The notes under the pieces are model-generated. The model made no database searches. It was not told the origin of the DNA and saw only the letters and a list, made by a program, of their open reading frames with translations. From Acidimicrobiaceae bacterium (GTDB lineage Bacteria; Actinomycetota; Acidimicrobiia; Acidimicrobiales; Aldehydirespiratoraceae), in NCBI GenBank assembly GCA_009844405.1, contig VYBO01000003.1:11214-75213 (forward strand): a stretch of DNA of 64,000 nucleotides, written 5' to 3'. The first letter of the stretch is position 1; each line of letters starts with the position of its first letter. Positions 52,066 through 60,408 of this stretch are shown piece after piece. A program made the position numbers and the translations under genes.

Positions 52066-53415
52066 TTAGGCCCACTCATCGGTCTCGGCGGATCGGCGGC
52101 CGGAGGCGGCGGCTACGACCGCGTCGACCATCGTCGCGGCTGCGCCGGTCTCGGGCTTGTCCAGTCCTTCCAGCTCGGCTGGCGACGCGACTTGCTCCAG
52201 GACCTCCTTCAGCGGGCGGCCGCTGAGCCGGGCGGCCCGGTACGCCTGCTGGAGTTCGTCGTTGGCCCGGTGCTTGCCCAGGCGGGCCGACAGGCGCCTC
52301 AACAGTTCCTGGGATCCGAAGTCGCCCATGGTCTCCAGGTTGGCCGCCATCGCCCCGGCGTCCACCTCGATGCCGGCCGCGAGGCCGCGGGCCAGGCTGA
52401 GCTGGGCCAGCAGGTAGTGGCCAATCTCCGGCAGCAGCACCCACTCCGTCTTCCAGGTCCGGCCGTCGCGCTCGTGGTCGCCGACCATGGTCTCGGTCAG
52501 GGTGCTTGCGGCCGAGCGCACTAGCCGGGCCAGGGTCACCATCTGCTCGCTGCGCTCGGGGTTGCGCTTGTGGGGCATGGTGATGCTGCCCATCGTGGTC
52601 TCCGACGCGGCCTCGGCCACCTCGCCGATCTCGCGCCGCTGGAGGTTGTACACCTCGTTGGCCATGCGGGCCATCGTGGCCGACACCAGAGCCGCGTTGC
52701 TGGCGAACTCCGCGATGCGATCGCGCGCTGCGATCCAAGAGATGGCCGGCTCGCCCAGCCCGAGACGCCGGCAGAAGCGGCCGCGCAGCTCCGGGCCGAG
52801 GTCCCGGTAGAAGCCCAGGGCCCCGACCGCGCCGGCGAGCTGGCCCACTACCAGGCGGGGACGGCTCTGGCTCCAGCGCTCCAGGTGCCGGGCCGTCTCG
52901 TCGGCCCAGGAGGCGACCTTGAGCCCGAACGTCACCGGGGCGCCCGGCTGGCCGTGGGTGCGGCCCAGCATGGGCGAGTCGCGATGGCGCCCGGCCAGAT
53001 CGAGCAGCGAACCCTCCACGGCCCGCAGGTCCCGCCACACGATCGCCCCGACGTCGCGCATCTCCAGCGCGGCCGCGGTGTCGGAGACGTCCTGCACGGT
53101 GGCGCCGTAGTAGACGTGCTCGCGGGCCTCAGCGGGCAGCTGGGCCTGTAGCTCGCGCACCAGCCCCGCGGCGGAGTGCGAGGTCCGCCGGGTCTCGGCG
53201 CCGACCGCAGCCGGATCGAGGCGCTCGCCGTCCAGCCCGTCGATCGCTTGGGCCGAGGACGCCGGAATGATCCCAAGGTCGGCCTGTGCGGCTGCGAGGG
53301 CCTTGAGGACATCCACCCAGCGAGACAGGCGGGCCCGCTCGCTGAAGATGGCCACCGATTCCGCGGTCGACCAGCCGTGCCCGTAGATGGCTGAATCGAT
53401 CAGGTGCGCGTCCAC
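52066..53415 (-). CDS. adenylosuccinate lyase / 3-carboxymuconate cycloisomerase-like fumarate-lyase-family enzyme
   Basis: 449 aa. GRTHGQPGAPVTFG and GSITMPHKRNPERSE. Confidence 0.8.
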   Translation of the reverse strand: MDAHLIDSAIYGHGWSTAESVAIFSERARLSRWVDVLKALAAAQADLGIIPASSAQAIDGLDGERLDPAAVGAETRRTSHSAAGLVRELQAQLPAEAREHVYYGATVQDVSDTAAALEMRDVGAIVWRDLRAVEGSLLDLAGRHRDSPMLGRTHGQPGAPVTFGLKVASWADETARHLERWSQSRPRLVVGQLAGAVGALGFYRDLGPELRGRFCRRLGLGEPAISWIAARDRIAEFASNAALVSATMARMANEVYNLQRREIGEVAEAASETTMGSITMPHKRNPERSEQMVTLARLVRSAASTLTETMVGDHERDGRTWKTEWVLLPEIGHYLLAQLSLARGLAAGIEVDAGAMAANLETMGDFGSQELLRRLSARLGKHRANDELQQAYRAARLSGRPLKEVLEQVASPAELEGLDKPETGAAATMVDAVVAAASGRRSAETDEWA

Positions 53416-54317
53416 GTGCCGTCTCCGGAACCGGCCAGTGTGCGGAGGCCCTCATGCACCTCGATGAGGGTGGCCCCCCAAGGCACCATCACCGTGCGTG
53501 CCTCTTGCTCGAGGCCCTCATCCAGCATGCAGCAGCGGCTCAGCACGAGCCCGTCGACGGACTCGTCGGCGCCGATCAGGCGGCGCGGGCACCAGTCGAT
53601 GGTCCGGGCCGGCTCGGCGCCGTAGAACCAGCGGTGGATCTGCTGGGAGCGCTCGCAGCCGAGCAGGGTCGATCCGGCGGAGCTCGGCCGCTCGTCCAGG
53701 TGCGACACCGCTACGCCCGCTATGCCGACCCCGCCGCCCCGGCAGGGGACGATCAGCCCTTCGGGTACCGGCTCGGTCACCAGCGCCCGGCTGTCGACGA
53801 TCCGCTCCTTCACCGCGATGGGAGGCAGATCCTCGGCGAAGTCCAAGACCCTGGCCACCTGGTCGGCGAGCTTCGAGGGCTCGGGCGGCACCACGTCCAC
53901 CACGGTGATCTGAACCGGCGCGGCATTCAGGAGGAAGCTGACATGGCGGTACCGGCCCTCCACCACGACGCAGCGCCGGTCGGGGCATCGACGGGCGAGC
54001 CGGGCCAGGTGGGAAGCGATGCCCAGGTCGGCGTCGTCGTCCTTCATGTAGGCGCAATCCTCGGCGGAGGCCAGCACCCGGGCGGCCGCCGCCGGCGAGA
54101 ACAGCTCGTCGCTGCCGTCGCGGGCTAGCTCCACCAGCGCGCAGCGGCCGGGATCGCCGTCGAGGCGGGCCACCACGAACCGGGTGCGGTAGTAGGCCTC
54201 CCGTCCGGTGAACCGGGCCACCAGATCATCCGGCGCCAGGCTCGGGACCGCGGCGACCGACACCTGCCGGTACCGCGACGGCATGATGTTGGGTGAGGCG
54301 GGATCTAGGTCGAACAT
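53400..54317 (-). CDS. hypothetical protein (Cys-containing, no family recognised)
   Basis: 305 aa from ATG 54317 (MFDLDPASPN...). Overlaps both neighbours by 13 and 16 nt, consistent with operon membership. Confidence 0.55.
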   Translation of the reverse strand: MFDLDPASPNIMPSRYRQVSVAAVPSLAPDDLVARFTGREAYYRTRFVVARLDGDPGRCALVELARDGSDELFSPAAAARVLASAEDCAYMKDDDADLGIASHLARLARRCPDRRCVVVEGRYRHVSFLLNAAPVQITVVDVVPPEPSKLADQVARVLDFAEDLPPIAVKERIVDSRALVTEPVPEGLIVPCRGGGVGIAGVAVSHLDERPSSAGSTLLGCERSQQIHRWFYGAEPARTIDWCPRRLIGADESVDGLVLSRCCMLDEGLEQEARTVMVPWGATLIEVHEGLRTLAGSGDGTWTRT

Positions 54318-55093
54318 GCGGCAGCGAGGCGGGTTCGGAGTGTGTCGGATCGCAGCCCGCGCCGGAGGGCCTCCACTGCGAGAATCTCGTCGCGCGAGAT
54401 GTTCGCCAGGTTGACGTTCGCCCCCAGGTGGTTCACGAGCCACGCCTGCTGTTCGCGCCGGGGGGCCTCGTACACCACCGGCGCATCCGTTCCAGCGCCC
54501 TCGAGGGCGTCCACGAGGTCGGCCCTCACCAGCCCGTCGGCGGTGTAGAGACCCACGGTCCCGCTCTCCCGACCCTCCGCCACCAGCCACGAGGCGCCGC
54601 TGTCGATATCGCGCCGGGCCTCCTCGGCCCACTCGTGCGGGACGGCCTCATGGCGCGGATCCTTGCTTCCCACCTCGGCGAACACCTCGAAACCGCGGGC
54701 TCGGGCGCCGACGATCAGGTCCCGCTTGGCTGCGGCAGGCAGGCCGGTCGCGCCGCGCGACACCTCCACGCAGTCGAAGCCGAGGCCGCCCGCCCAGTCG
54801 AAGAAAGCCTCGGTCCGTCCCTGAAGCCAGGCCGCCTCCAACAGCGTGCCCCCGGGGCAGGCCTTGATGTCGTGGGCTTGGAGCAACTCGATCTTGGATG
54901 CGATCGCGGCGTCGACGTAGGCGGTGCCGAAACCGGACTTCCAGACGTCCACGAACGCACCGTGGGCCTCCACCAGCGCTTCGATGCCCGCCAGCGGCGT
55001 GCCGGGGTCGATGACGTGGGTGATGCCGAGCCGGCGCGGTTTGGTCGTCCGGGCGGCCGTTCGAAGGAACCGGGGAGACTCAGGAATGGGCAT
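54305..55093 (-). CDS. comA: (2R)-phospho-3-sulfolactate synthase (ComA family)
   Basis: 262 aa. KPRRLGITHVIDPG, VDVWKSGFGTAYV, CPGGTLLEAA, CVEVSRG, FAEVGSKD, VAEGRESGTVG, YEAPRREQQAWL, NVNLANI and LRRGLRSDTL are colinear with ComA. Confidence 0.85.
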   Translation of the reverse strand: MPIPESPRFLRTAARTTKPRRLGITHVIDPGTPLAGIEALVEAHGAFVDVWKSGFGTAYVDAAIASKIELLQAHDIKACPGGTLLEAAWLQGRTEAFFDWAGGLGFDCVEVSRGATGLPAAAKRDLIVGARARGFEVFAEVGSKDPRHEAVPHEWAEEARRDIDSGASWLVAEGRESGTVGLYTADGLVRADLVDALEGAGTDAPVVYEAPRREQQAWLVNHLGANVNLANISRDEILAVEALRRGLRSDTLRTRLAAACST

Positions 55094-55979
55094 CTGGACG
55101 ATCTCCTGACCTGCGCCGCACGTCGTTGGGCCGGGGGCCCATTCTACGTGTGCTTGCCCGAGCGAGTTCGGTGGCGGCCAGCGCCACGCCGGCCGCGAGG
55201 GCCCGGCCTGACGTGGCGCCCGCGCCGGCCAGTGACGCCGCCGCCCGGCGCATCCCGGACTGATCGCCCGACGCCGCCGCGTCGAGCAGGGTGTGGGCCG
55301 GCTGGACGCTCTGGCCGGCCGCGGCCCACCTGAGGAAGGCGCGGCTCAACCGGGTGGTGCGGGCGTTGCCGGCCAGTTCGGCGAGGGCGCGGCGCCGGCT
55401 CGGATCGATGGCGGCGACCAGCAGGATCCCCGCGAGCACGTCGTCGCCGCTCGGAGTCAAGCCGTCGCCGCGTCCCTGGAGCCGGCGGGACGCGGCCGTC
55501 GGGTCCCAGCGGCGCAGATCGTGGGTCACCGGCTCCCAGACAGCTGCCAGTTCGGGGGCAGCACACACAGCCAGGTCTCGCCATGCCGGCAGACCGGCGC
55601 AGAGACGCTCGGGCAGGTGCGGCGCCCAGGGCGCGCCCCCGTCGAGGCGGACTTGCAGCCGGCCCGCCCTGAGCACGTCGCCAGAGACGCTCACCCGGTC
55701 GTGCAGGGCCGGCGGTTCGGCCAGGTCCTCCACGACGAGGTGCAGCGGCCCGGGCCAGGATCGGGGACCCAGCACCGCGAACAACGTCTCGGAGGGGCCG
55801 GAGACATAGAAGCCGTCGCGGAACACCCCGGCCACCCGGCCGGCGAAACCCTCTGACGCCGCCTCCAGCGCGGCCTGGCCGACCGAGACCGCGGAGACGG
55901 GGCCGGCTGCTGCTGTACGGTGCGGCCGTGCCACCGCCGGACCAGCCGTCGCCGGAGGAGTTCCCACTGGAGCAGTCAT
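55080..55979 (-). CDS. DUF2877 protein (YlbF/AllH-like)
   Basis: GRGDGLTPSGDDVLAGILL motif. The true start is probably downstream of 55979, because the ORF's 5' end overlaps the divergent gene. Confidence 0.65.
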   Translation of the reverse strand: MTAPVGTPPATAGPAVARPHRTAAAGPVSAVSVGQAALEAASEGFAGRVAGVFRDGFYVSGPSETLFAVLGPRSWPGPLHLVVEDLAEPPALHDRVSVSGDVLRAGRLQVRLDGGAPWAPHLPERLCAGLPAWRDLAVCAAPELAAVWEPVTHDLRRWDPTAASRRLQGRGDGLTPSGDDVLAGILLVAAIDPSRRRALAELAGNARTTRLSRAFLRWAAAGQSVQPAHTLLDAAASGDQSGMRRAAASLAGAGATSGRALAAGVALAATELARASTRRMGPRPNDVRRRSGDRPDAHS

Positions 55980-56932
55980 CGCCCGGGCAGCCGTCGCTGG
56001 ACCGGCTGGTGACCGCGGTCCGCGACCATGCGGGGCTGCGGGCCAAGAGAGCTGTCGGGGCTGTGCGCCGGGTCGTCGGAGCCTCCGATCCGGTGACCGG
56101 GCCCGGCGACGACGGCGCCGTCGTGGAGACGGGCGGAGGAGCCTCGATCGTCGTGTGCGGGGAGGCGGTGCATCCGGCGTTCGTGGCCTCCGATCCCCGG
56201 GCCGCGGGGATCGCGGCCGTGCTCGCCAACGTCAACGACCTGGCGGCCATGGGCGCGGCGCCCAGGGCCATCGTCAACACGGTGGTGGCACCAGCTGCCG
56301 TGGCCGTCGAGGCGCTGCAGGGCATGGCCGAAGCGGCCGTCCTCTATGGCGTGCCCATCGTCGGCGGGCATATCAGCGAGCATCCGGGAGAACCGGCGCT
56401 GTCGGCATTCGCGGTGGGAGACGCCGACCGGGTCCTTTCGGTTAGCCGGGCCCGGGCCGGTCAGGACCTCGTATTCGCTTGCTGCCTCGAAGGCCGCATG
56501 CGGCCCGACTTCGCCTTCTTCACCACACTCCGGCATCAGGGCTCCCGCCTGGCCACCGACGTGCGCCTGCTGGCCGAGGTCGCTCGCATGGACCTGGCGC
56601 AGGCAGCCAAGGACGTCAGCATGGCCGGCTCGATCGGCTCGCTGGCGATGCTCCTCGAACCCGGAAGGCTCGGGGCGGAGATCGACCTGGACGGGTTGCC
56701 GGCACCGGCCGGGGTGAGCCTGGATCGCTGGCTCGTCTGCTTCCCGACGTACGCTTTCTGGCTCACCACCGACCGGCCCGGCCGGTGCGTGGACCTGTTC
56801 CGCTCGGCAGGACTGGCCGCCGCGGTGGTTGGTTCCATCAACGGCAGCGGCGTGCTGACCTTGCGAGCGGGCGGCGAGCGCCGCGAGGTGTTCGACCTCA
56901 AGAGCGAGCCCATCACCGGACTCTGGAGCTAG
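55928..56932 (+). CDS. AIR synthase-related protein (Sll0787-like, PurM fold)
   Basis: GPGDDGAVV, NVNDLAAMGAAPRAIVNTV and VPIVGGHIS. Start uncertain (GTG 55928 or later). Confidence 0.8.
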   Translation: MPPPDQPSPEEFPLEQSSPGQPSLDRLVTAVRDHAGLRAKRAVGAVRRVVGASDPVTGPGDDGAVVETGGGASIVVCGEAVHPAFVASDPRAAGIAAVLANVNDLAAMGAAPRAIVNTVVAPAAVAVEALQGMAEAAVLYGVPIVGGHISEHPGEPALSAFAVGDADRVLSVSRARAGQDLVFACCLEGRMRPDFAFFTTLRHQGSRLATDVRLLAEVARMDLAQAAKDVSMAGSIGSLAMLLEPGRLGAEIDLDGLPAPAGVSLDRWLVCFPTYAFWLTTDRPGRCVDLFRSAGLAAAVVGSINGSGVLTLRAGGERREVFDLKSEPITGLWS

Positions 56933-56945
56933 ATGCAGGGCCAAA

Positions 56946-57695
56946 TCAAGCTCCCGCGGCCTCGACGCGACTTCGCATGGCCCGCCGGTTGTCCTCGAAC
57001 AGCTCCGGGTCGGCCGTCTCCAGATCCTCGAAGGAACTCAGGTCGATGCCGGAGGTGCCGGCCGCTTCGGCACCCATGGCCGTGACCGTCACCACGTAGA
57101 CGGGGGTCATGGTCGACGGGTCGGGCTCGACCATGCTCACGACGGCCAGCCCGGTGGGCAGGTGCATCTCCATGCACTGGCAGGGGTCGGCGAGGCCGGA
57201 CGCCAGGTCACCCTGCTCGTGGATCACCACCCACGTCTCGCCCGCATCCCGGGCCGCCGTGATGCGTTCCCGGCGCTCACGCTCGGCCCGCTCGTTCAGC
57301 AGCTCGCGGCGGCGGATGGCGAAGCCGCATCCCGCGGTCGCCTCGATGAGGCCGTAGGCGACCGTCTCACCGGTGGCGCGGACCGCCGCGTCCAGCACCG
57401 CGGTCCGGTGCTCCCAGCGCTGGACCAGCTCCCCGAGATCGGAGACGTCGGCTAGAGCGTCGGCCACGGCCCGGACCAGCTTCACGGCCGACTGGTAGGC
57501 GTCCGGGTTGGTGGTGGCCGTCGGATACAGGCGGCGCTCGCTCTCGTTCCAGTGGGCGGCCAGCACGGCCGTGGGGTCTGCGTCCCCGTGCCCGGCCTGC
57601 ACCGCGATGGGGTCTGCGTCGCTCACACCTTCGGACATCGTGGTCGGCTCCTTGCCGGCTCCAGCCTCACCGCCGGTGGACCCGAGGCTTGGCAT
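56946..57695 (-). CDS. hypothetical protein
   Basis: Coding-like composition. An alternative ATG at 57638 has a strong AAGGAG 9 nt upstream. No family recognised. Confidence 0.5.
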   Translation of the reverse strand: MPSLGSTGGEAGAGKEPTTMSEGVSDADPIAVQAGHGDADPTAVLAAHWNESERRLYPTATTNPDAYQSAVKLVRAVADALADVSDLGELVQRWEHRTAVLDAAVRATGETVAYGLIEATAGCGFAIRRRELLNERAERERRERITAARDAGETWVVIHEQGDLASGLADPCQCMEMHLPTGLAVVSMVEPDPSTMTPVYVVTVTAMGAEAAGTSGIDLSSFEDLETADPELFEDNRRAMRSRVEAAGA

Positions 57696-57803
57696 GGTCC
57701 CTCGCCTCTCATCTACTATAAGAAAGTCGGTTCTGCTATCGGCAGATCCGTGGGCTCGGTGCCGGTCCCGGCGGACCCGGCGGTCTGGCGAGAGGAGTGA
57801 GTC

Positions 57804-58772
57804 TTGGCCGAGACCGCAATTCTCGCTCTCGGAGGCAATGCACTCATCCGCGAGGACCAGCGCGGCACCTTGGAGGAGCAATACGCCAACGCCCTCGCCA
57901 TGGCCCTGTCGGTGCGATCACTGATCCGGAAGGGATGGAACGTGGTGATCGTCCACGGCAATGGCCCCCAGGTCGGCAACCTGGCCATCCAGCACGAGGG
58001 CTCGACCGACCTCGTGCCCGCGCTGCCGTTGTTCACTCTGGGCGCCATGACGCAAGGGCAGTTGGGGAGCCTGATCTGCCTGGCGCTCAATGAAGTGTGC
58101 AGGCGCGAGATCACCGGCGCGGTGTCCGTCATCACGCATGTCGAGGTCGACCCCGGCGATCCTGCCCTGTCGCGCCCCACCAAGCCCATCGGCCCATTCT
58201 TCGACCGGACCGAGGCGGACGCGCTGACATCGGTGCGGGGGTGGACCATGGTCGAGGATTCGGGCCGGGGCTACCGGCGGGTGGTCCCGTCGCCGCGGCC
58301 GATGGCCCCCATCGAGGCTCCGGCCATATCGACGCTGGTCGACCTCGGATACATAGTCGTGGCCGGCGGGGGCGGCGGGATCCCGGTGTCGCGCTCGGCC
58401 GACGGCGCCTACCGGGGGGTGGACGCGGTCATCGACAAGGACTTCGCCGCGGAGAGGATCGCCGATTCCGTGGGTGCCCAGGCCCTGGTTATGGTGACCG
58501 GTGTGGACGCGGTGCGCCTCAACTTCGGCGCCTCCCAGGAGCAGACCGTCACCGAGATGACCGCTTCGGCTGCCCGGCGCCACCTGGCCGACGGCCAGTT
58601 CCCTCCTGGCAGTATGGGACCGAAGGTGGAGGCCGCCATCGAGTTCGTGGAAGCCGCGGGGCGGATCTCAGCCATAACCACGCCCGAGCTCGTGTACGCG
58701 ACCCTCGACGAGCCCGCCGGCGTGATCGAGGGTCCCCGGGGCACACGGATCGTGCCCGACCCGGCGCTGTGA
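57804..58772 (+). CDS. arcC: carbamate kinase
   Basis: TTG start preceded by GAGGAG. AILALGGNAL, VIVHGNGPQVG and VVAGGGGGIPV. Confidence 0.9.
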   Translation: MAETAILALGGNALIREDQRGTLEEQYANALAMALSVRSLIRKGWNVVIVHGNGPQVGNLAIQHEGSTDLVPALPLFTLGAMTQGQLGSLICLALNEVCRREITGAVSVITHVEVDPGDPALSRPTKPIGPFFDRTEADALTSVRGWTMVEDSGRGYRRVVPSPRPMAPIEAPAISTLVDLGYIVVAGGGGGIPVSRSADGAYRGVDAVIDKDFAAERIADSVGAQALVMVTGVDAVRLNFGASQEQTVTEMTASAARRHLADGQFPPGSMGPKVEAAIEFVEAAGRISAITTPELVYATLDEPAGVIEGPRGTRIVPDPAL

Positions 58773-58797
58773 CCGGGGCCTGCCATCCGTCGGCGGC

Positions 58798-60384
58798 GTG
58801 CCCGCGCCGATCGCCTGGCGGATCCGTGCCGTGACCGCCAGAGCCAAGATCGTCGCAGACTGCTACGTCGACAGCGTGCGGCTGCTCGAGGCGACCCGCG
58901 CCATGCTGGAGGCGCCCGGCGTCGACTGGGCTTGGGCGCTGATGGCCACGCCGGCCAACCTGGAGCTACTGCTCGACGAGGGAGTGACCGAGGGGCTCGA
59001 CGGTGCCTCGGCCAACGACCTCGTCCTCGCGATCAGGGGCGCCGACGAGCACTTGCCGGCGGCCCTGTCGAGAGCCTGGGCGGTGCTGTTCGAGGCGAGC
59101 GGGTCAACTGGCGCGGGCGCCCCGCCGGCAGCCACACGCCCCGGCGGCCTGGACGACGCTCTGGTCCTGGCACCGGAGGCCAACGTCGCCATCCTCTCCG
59201 TTCCGGGCCCCTACGCGGCCCTGGAGGCTCACAAGGCCCTGACCCGCGGCCTCGACGTGCTGCTGTTCAGTGACAACGTCCCCCTGGCCGACGAGATCGA
59301 CCTCAAGCGGCGGGCCTGCTCGCTGGGCCGGTTGGTGATGGGCCCGGGAGCGGGCACAGCCGCGCTGGCAGGCGTGGGGCTCGGCTTCTCCAACCGGGTG
59401 GCGCCTGGGCCGGTGGGAGTGGTCGCGGCCGCCGGCACGGGCGCCCAGGAGGCCATGACGCTGCTCGTCCGCTGGGGATCCGGTGTCACGCATGTGATCG
59501 GCGTGGGGGGCCGCGACCTGTCCGAGGACGTCGGCGGGCTCATGGCCGAAGCCGCGGTGGAGGCGTTCGACCGTCACGACGCAACGGAGCTGATCCTGCT
59601 GGTCTCCAAGCCGCCGGCTCCGGCTGTGGCCGAGCGTCTGCTGACCAAGGCTGCCAACAAGCCGCTTGTGGCCGCTCTGATCGGTCTGGACCGGCCCGTG
59701 GCGGCGGCGCCCGGAGCGGCAGTGTGCAACACGCTCGAGCAGGGCGTGGTGGAGTCCCTCGATCGCCTCGGCCACACCGGCGCCGACCCGATCGGCACGA
59801 TCGACGCCGAGACCGCCCGGCTCTCCACCTCCCTCGACCAGCGCCGGAGACGGATGGTGGGGCTGTTCAGCGGGGGCACCCTGGCCTACGAGGCGATGAC
59901 CATCGCCAGCCGCCACATCGGCCCGGTGTTCTCCAACACGCCGCTCGACCCTGAATGGGGGCTGCCCGGCCCACCCGGCGGCCACGTGTGCCTGGATCTG
60001 GGCGAGGAGGAGTTCACGGTGGGACGCCCCCACCCCATGATCGATCCCGAGGCAAGGCTCGAACGGCTGCAAGGCCAGGTCTCGGACCCGACGGTGGCGG
60101 CGGTGCTGCTCGACGTGGTCATCGGAGACGGCGCCCATCCGGACCCGGCCGCCATGCTCGCTCCGGCCGCGGCGGAGATAGTGGCGTCGGGGGCAGCCGT
60201 CGTGGCCTACGTGCTGGGTACCGACCGGGATCCCCAGGGCTTCGAGCGGCAGCGTTCGATAATGCGGGAAGCGGGCTGCGTCGTGGCTGAGACCAACGCC
60301 CGGGCCGCTCTGGCCGCGGCCGCGCTCGTGAACCGCGACCCCGCGCTCGTCCATCACGACCTGTCGACAAGCCTGACGGCGTGA
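58798..60384 (+). CDS. fdrA: FdrA/AllF-like protein (succinyl-CoA-synthetase-alpha-like fold)
   Basis: CYVDSVRLLE...ALMATPANLELL at the N-terminus and VPGPYAALEAHKALTRGLDVLLFSDNV in the CoA-ligase-like core. The real start may be GTG 58831. Confidence 0.8.
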   Translation: MPAPIAWRIRAVTARAKIVADCYVDSVRLLEATRAMLEAPGVDWAWALMATPANLELLLDEGVTEGLDGASANDLVLAIRGADEHLPAALSRAWAVLFEASGSTGAGAPPAATRPGGLDDALVLAPEANVAILSVPGPYAALEAHKALTRGLDVLLFSDNVPLADEIDLKRRACSLGRLVMGPGAGTAALAGVGLGFSNRVAPGPVGVVAAAGTGAQEAMTLLVRWGSGVTHVIGVGGRDLSEDVGGLMAEAAVEAFDRHDATELILLVSKPPAPAVAERLLTKAANKPLVAALIGLDRPVAAAPGAAVCNTLEQGVVESLDRLGHTGADPIGTIDAETARLSTSLDQRRRRMVGLFSGGTLAYEAMTIASRHIGPVFSNTPLDPEWGLPGPPGGHVCLDLGEEEFTVGRPHPMIDPEARLERLQGQVSDPTVAAVLLDVVIGDGAHPDPAAMLAPAAAEIVASGAAVVAYVLGTDRDPQGFERQRSIMREAGCVVAETNARAALAAAALVNRDPALVHHDLSTSLTA

Positions 60385-60408
60385 CCCTGACGGCGTGACC
60401 CTGACGGC
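60372..60408. repeat. 14-nt x2.6 tandem duplication of a GTGA stop/start junction
   Basis: CCTGACGGCGTGAC at 60372..60385 and 60386..60399, plus a partial copy at 60400..60408. Copy 1 holds the fdrA stop and copy 2 holds the glycosyltransferase GTG start. Confidence 0.9.

Noticed and set aside
55928-55979. A 52-nt overlap of the 5' ends of the divergent DUF2877 and AIR-synthase-like ORFs, taken as real
   Set aside because: Divergent genes sharing coding 5' ends is unlikely. The ORF-track starts are simply the most upstream GTG or ATG codons, and the true starts are probably internal.
58769-58837. A fifth duplicated stop/start junction (GTGACCG at the carbamate kinase stop and again at the likely fdrA GTG 58831)
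   Set aside because: Only 7 nt are shared and the intervening 62 nt show no repeat structure. That is too weak to count.
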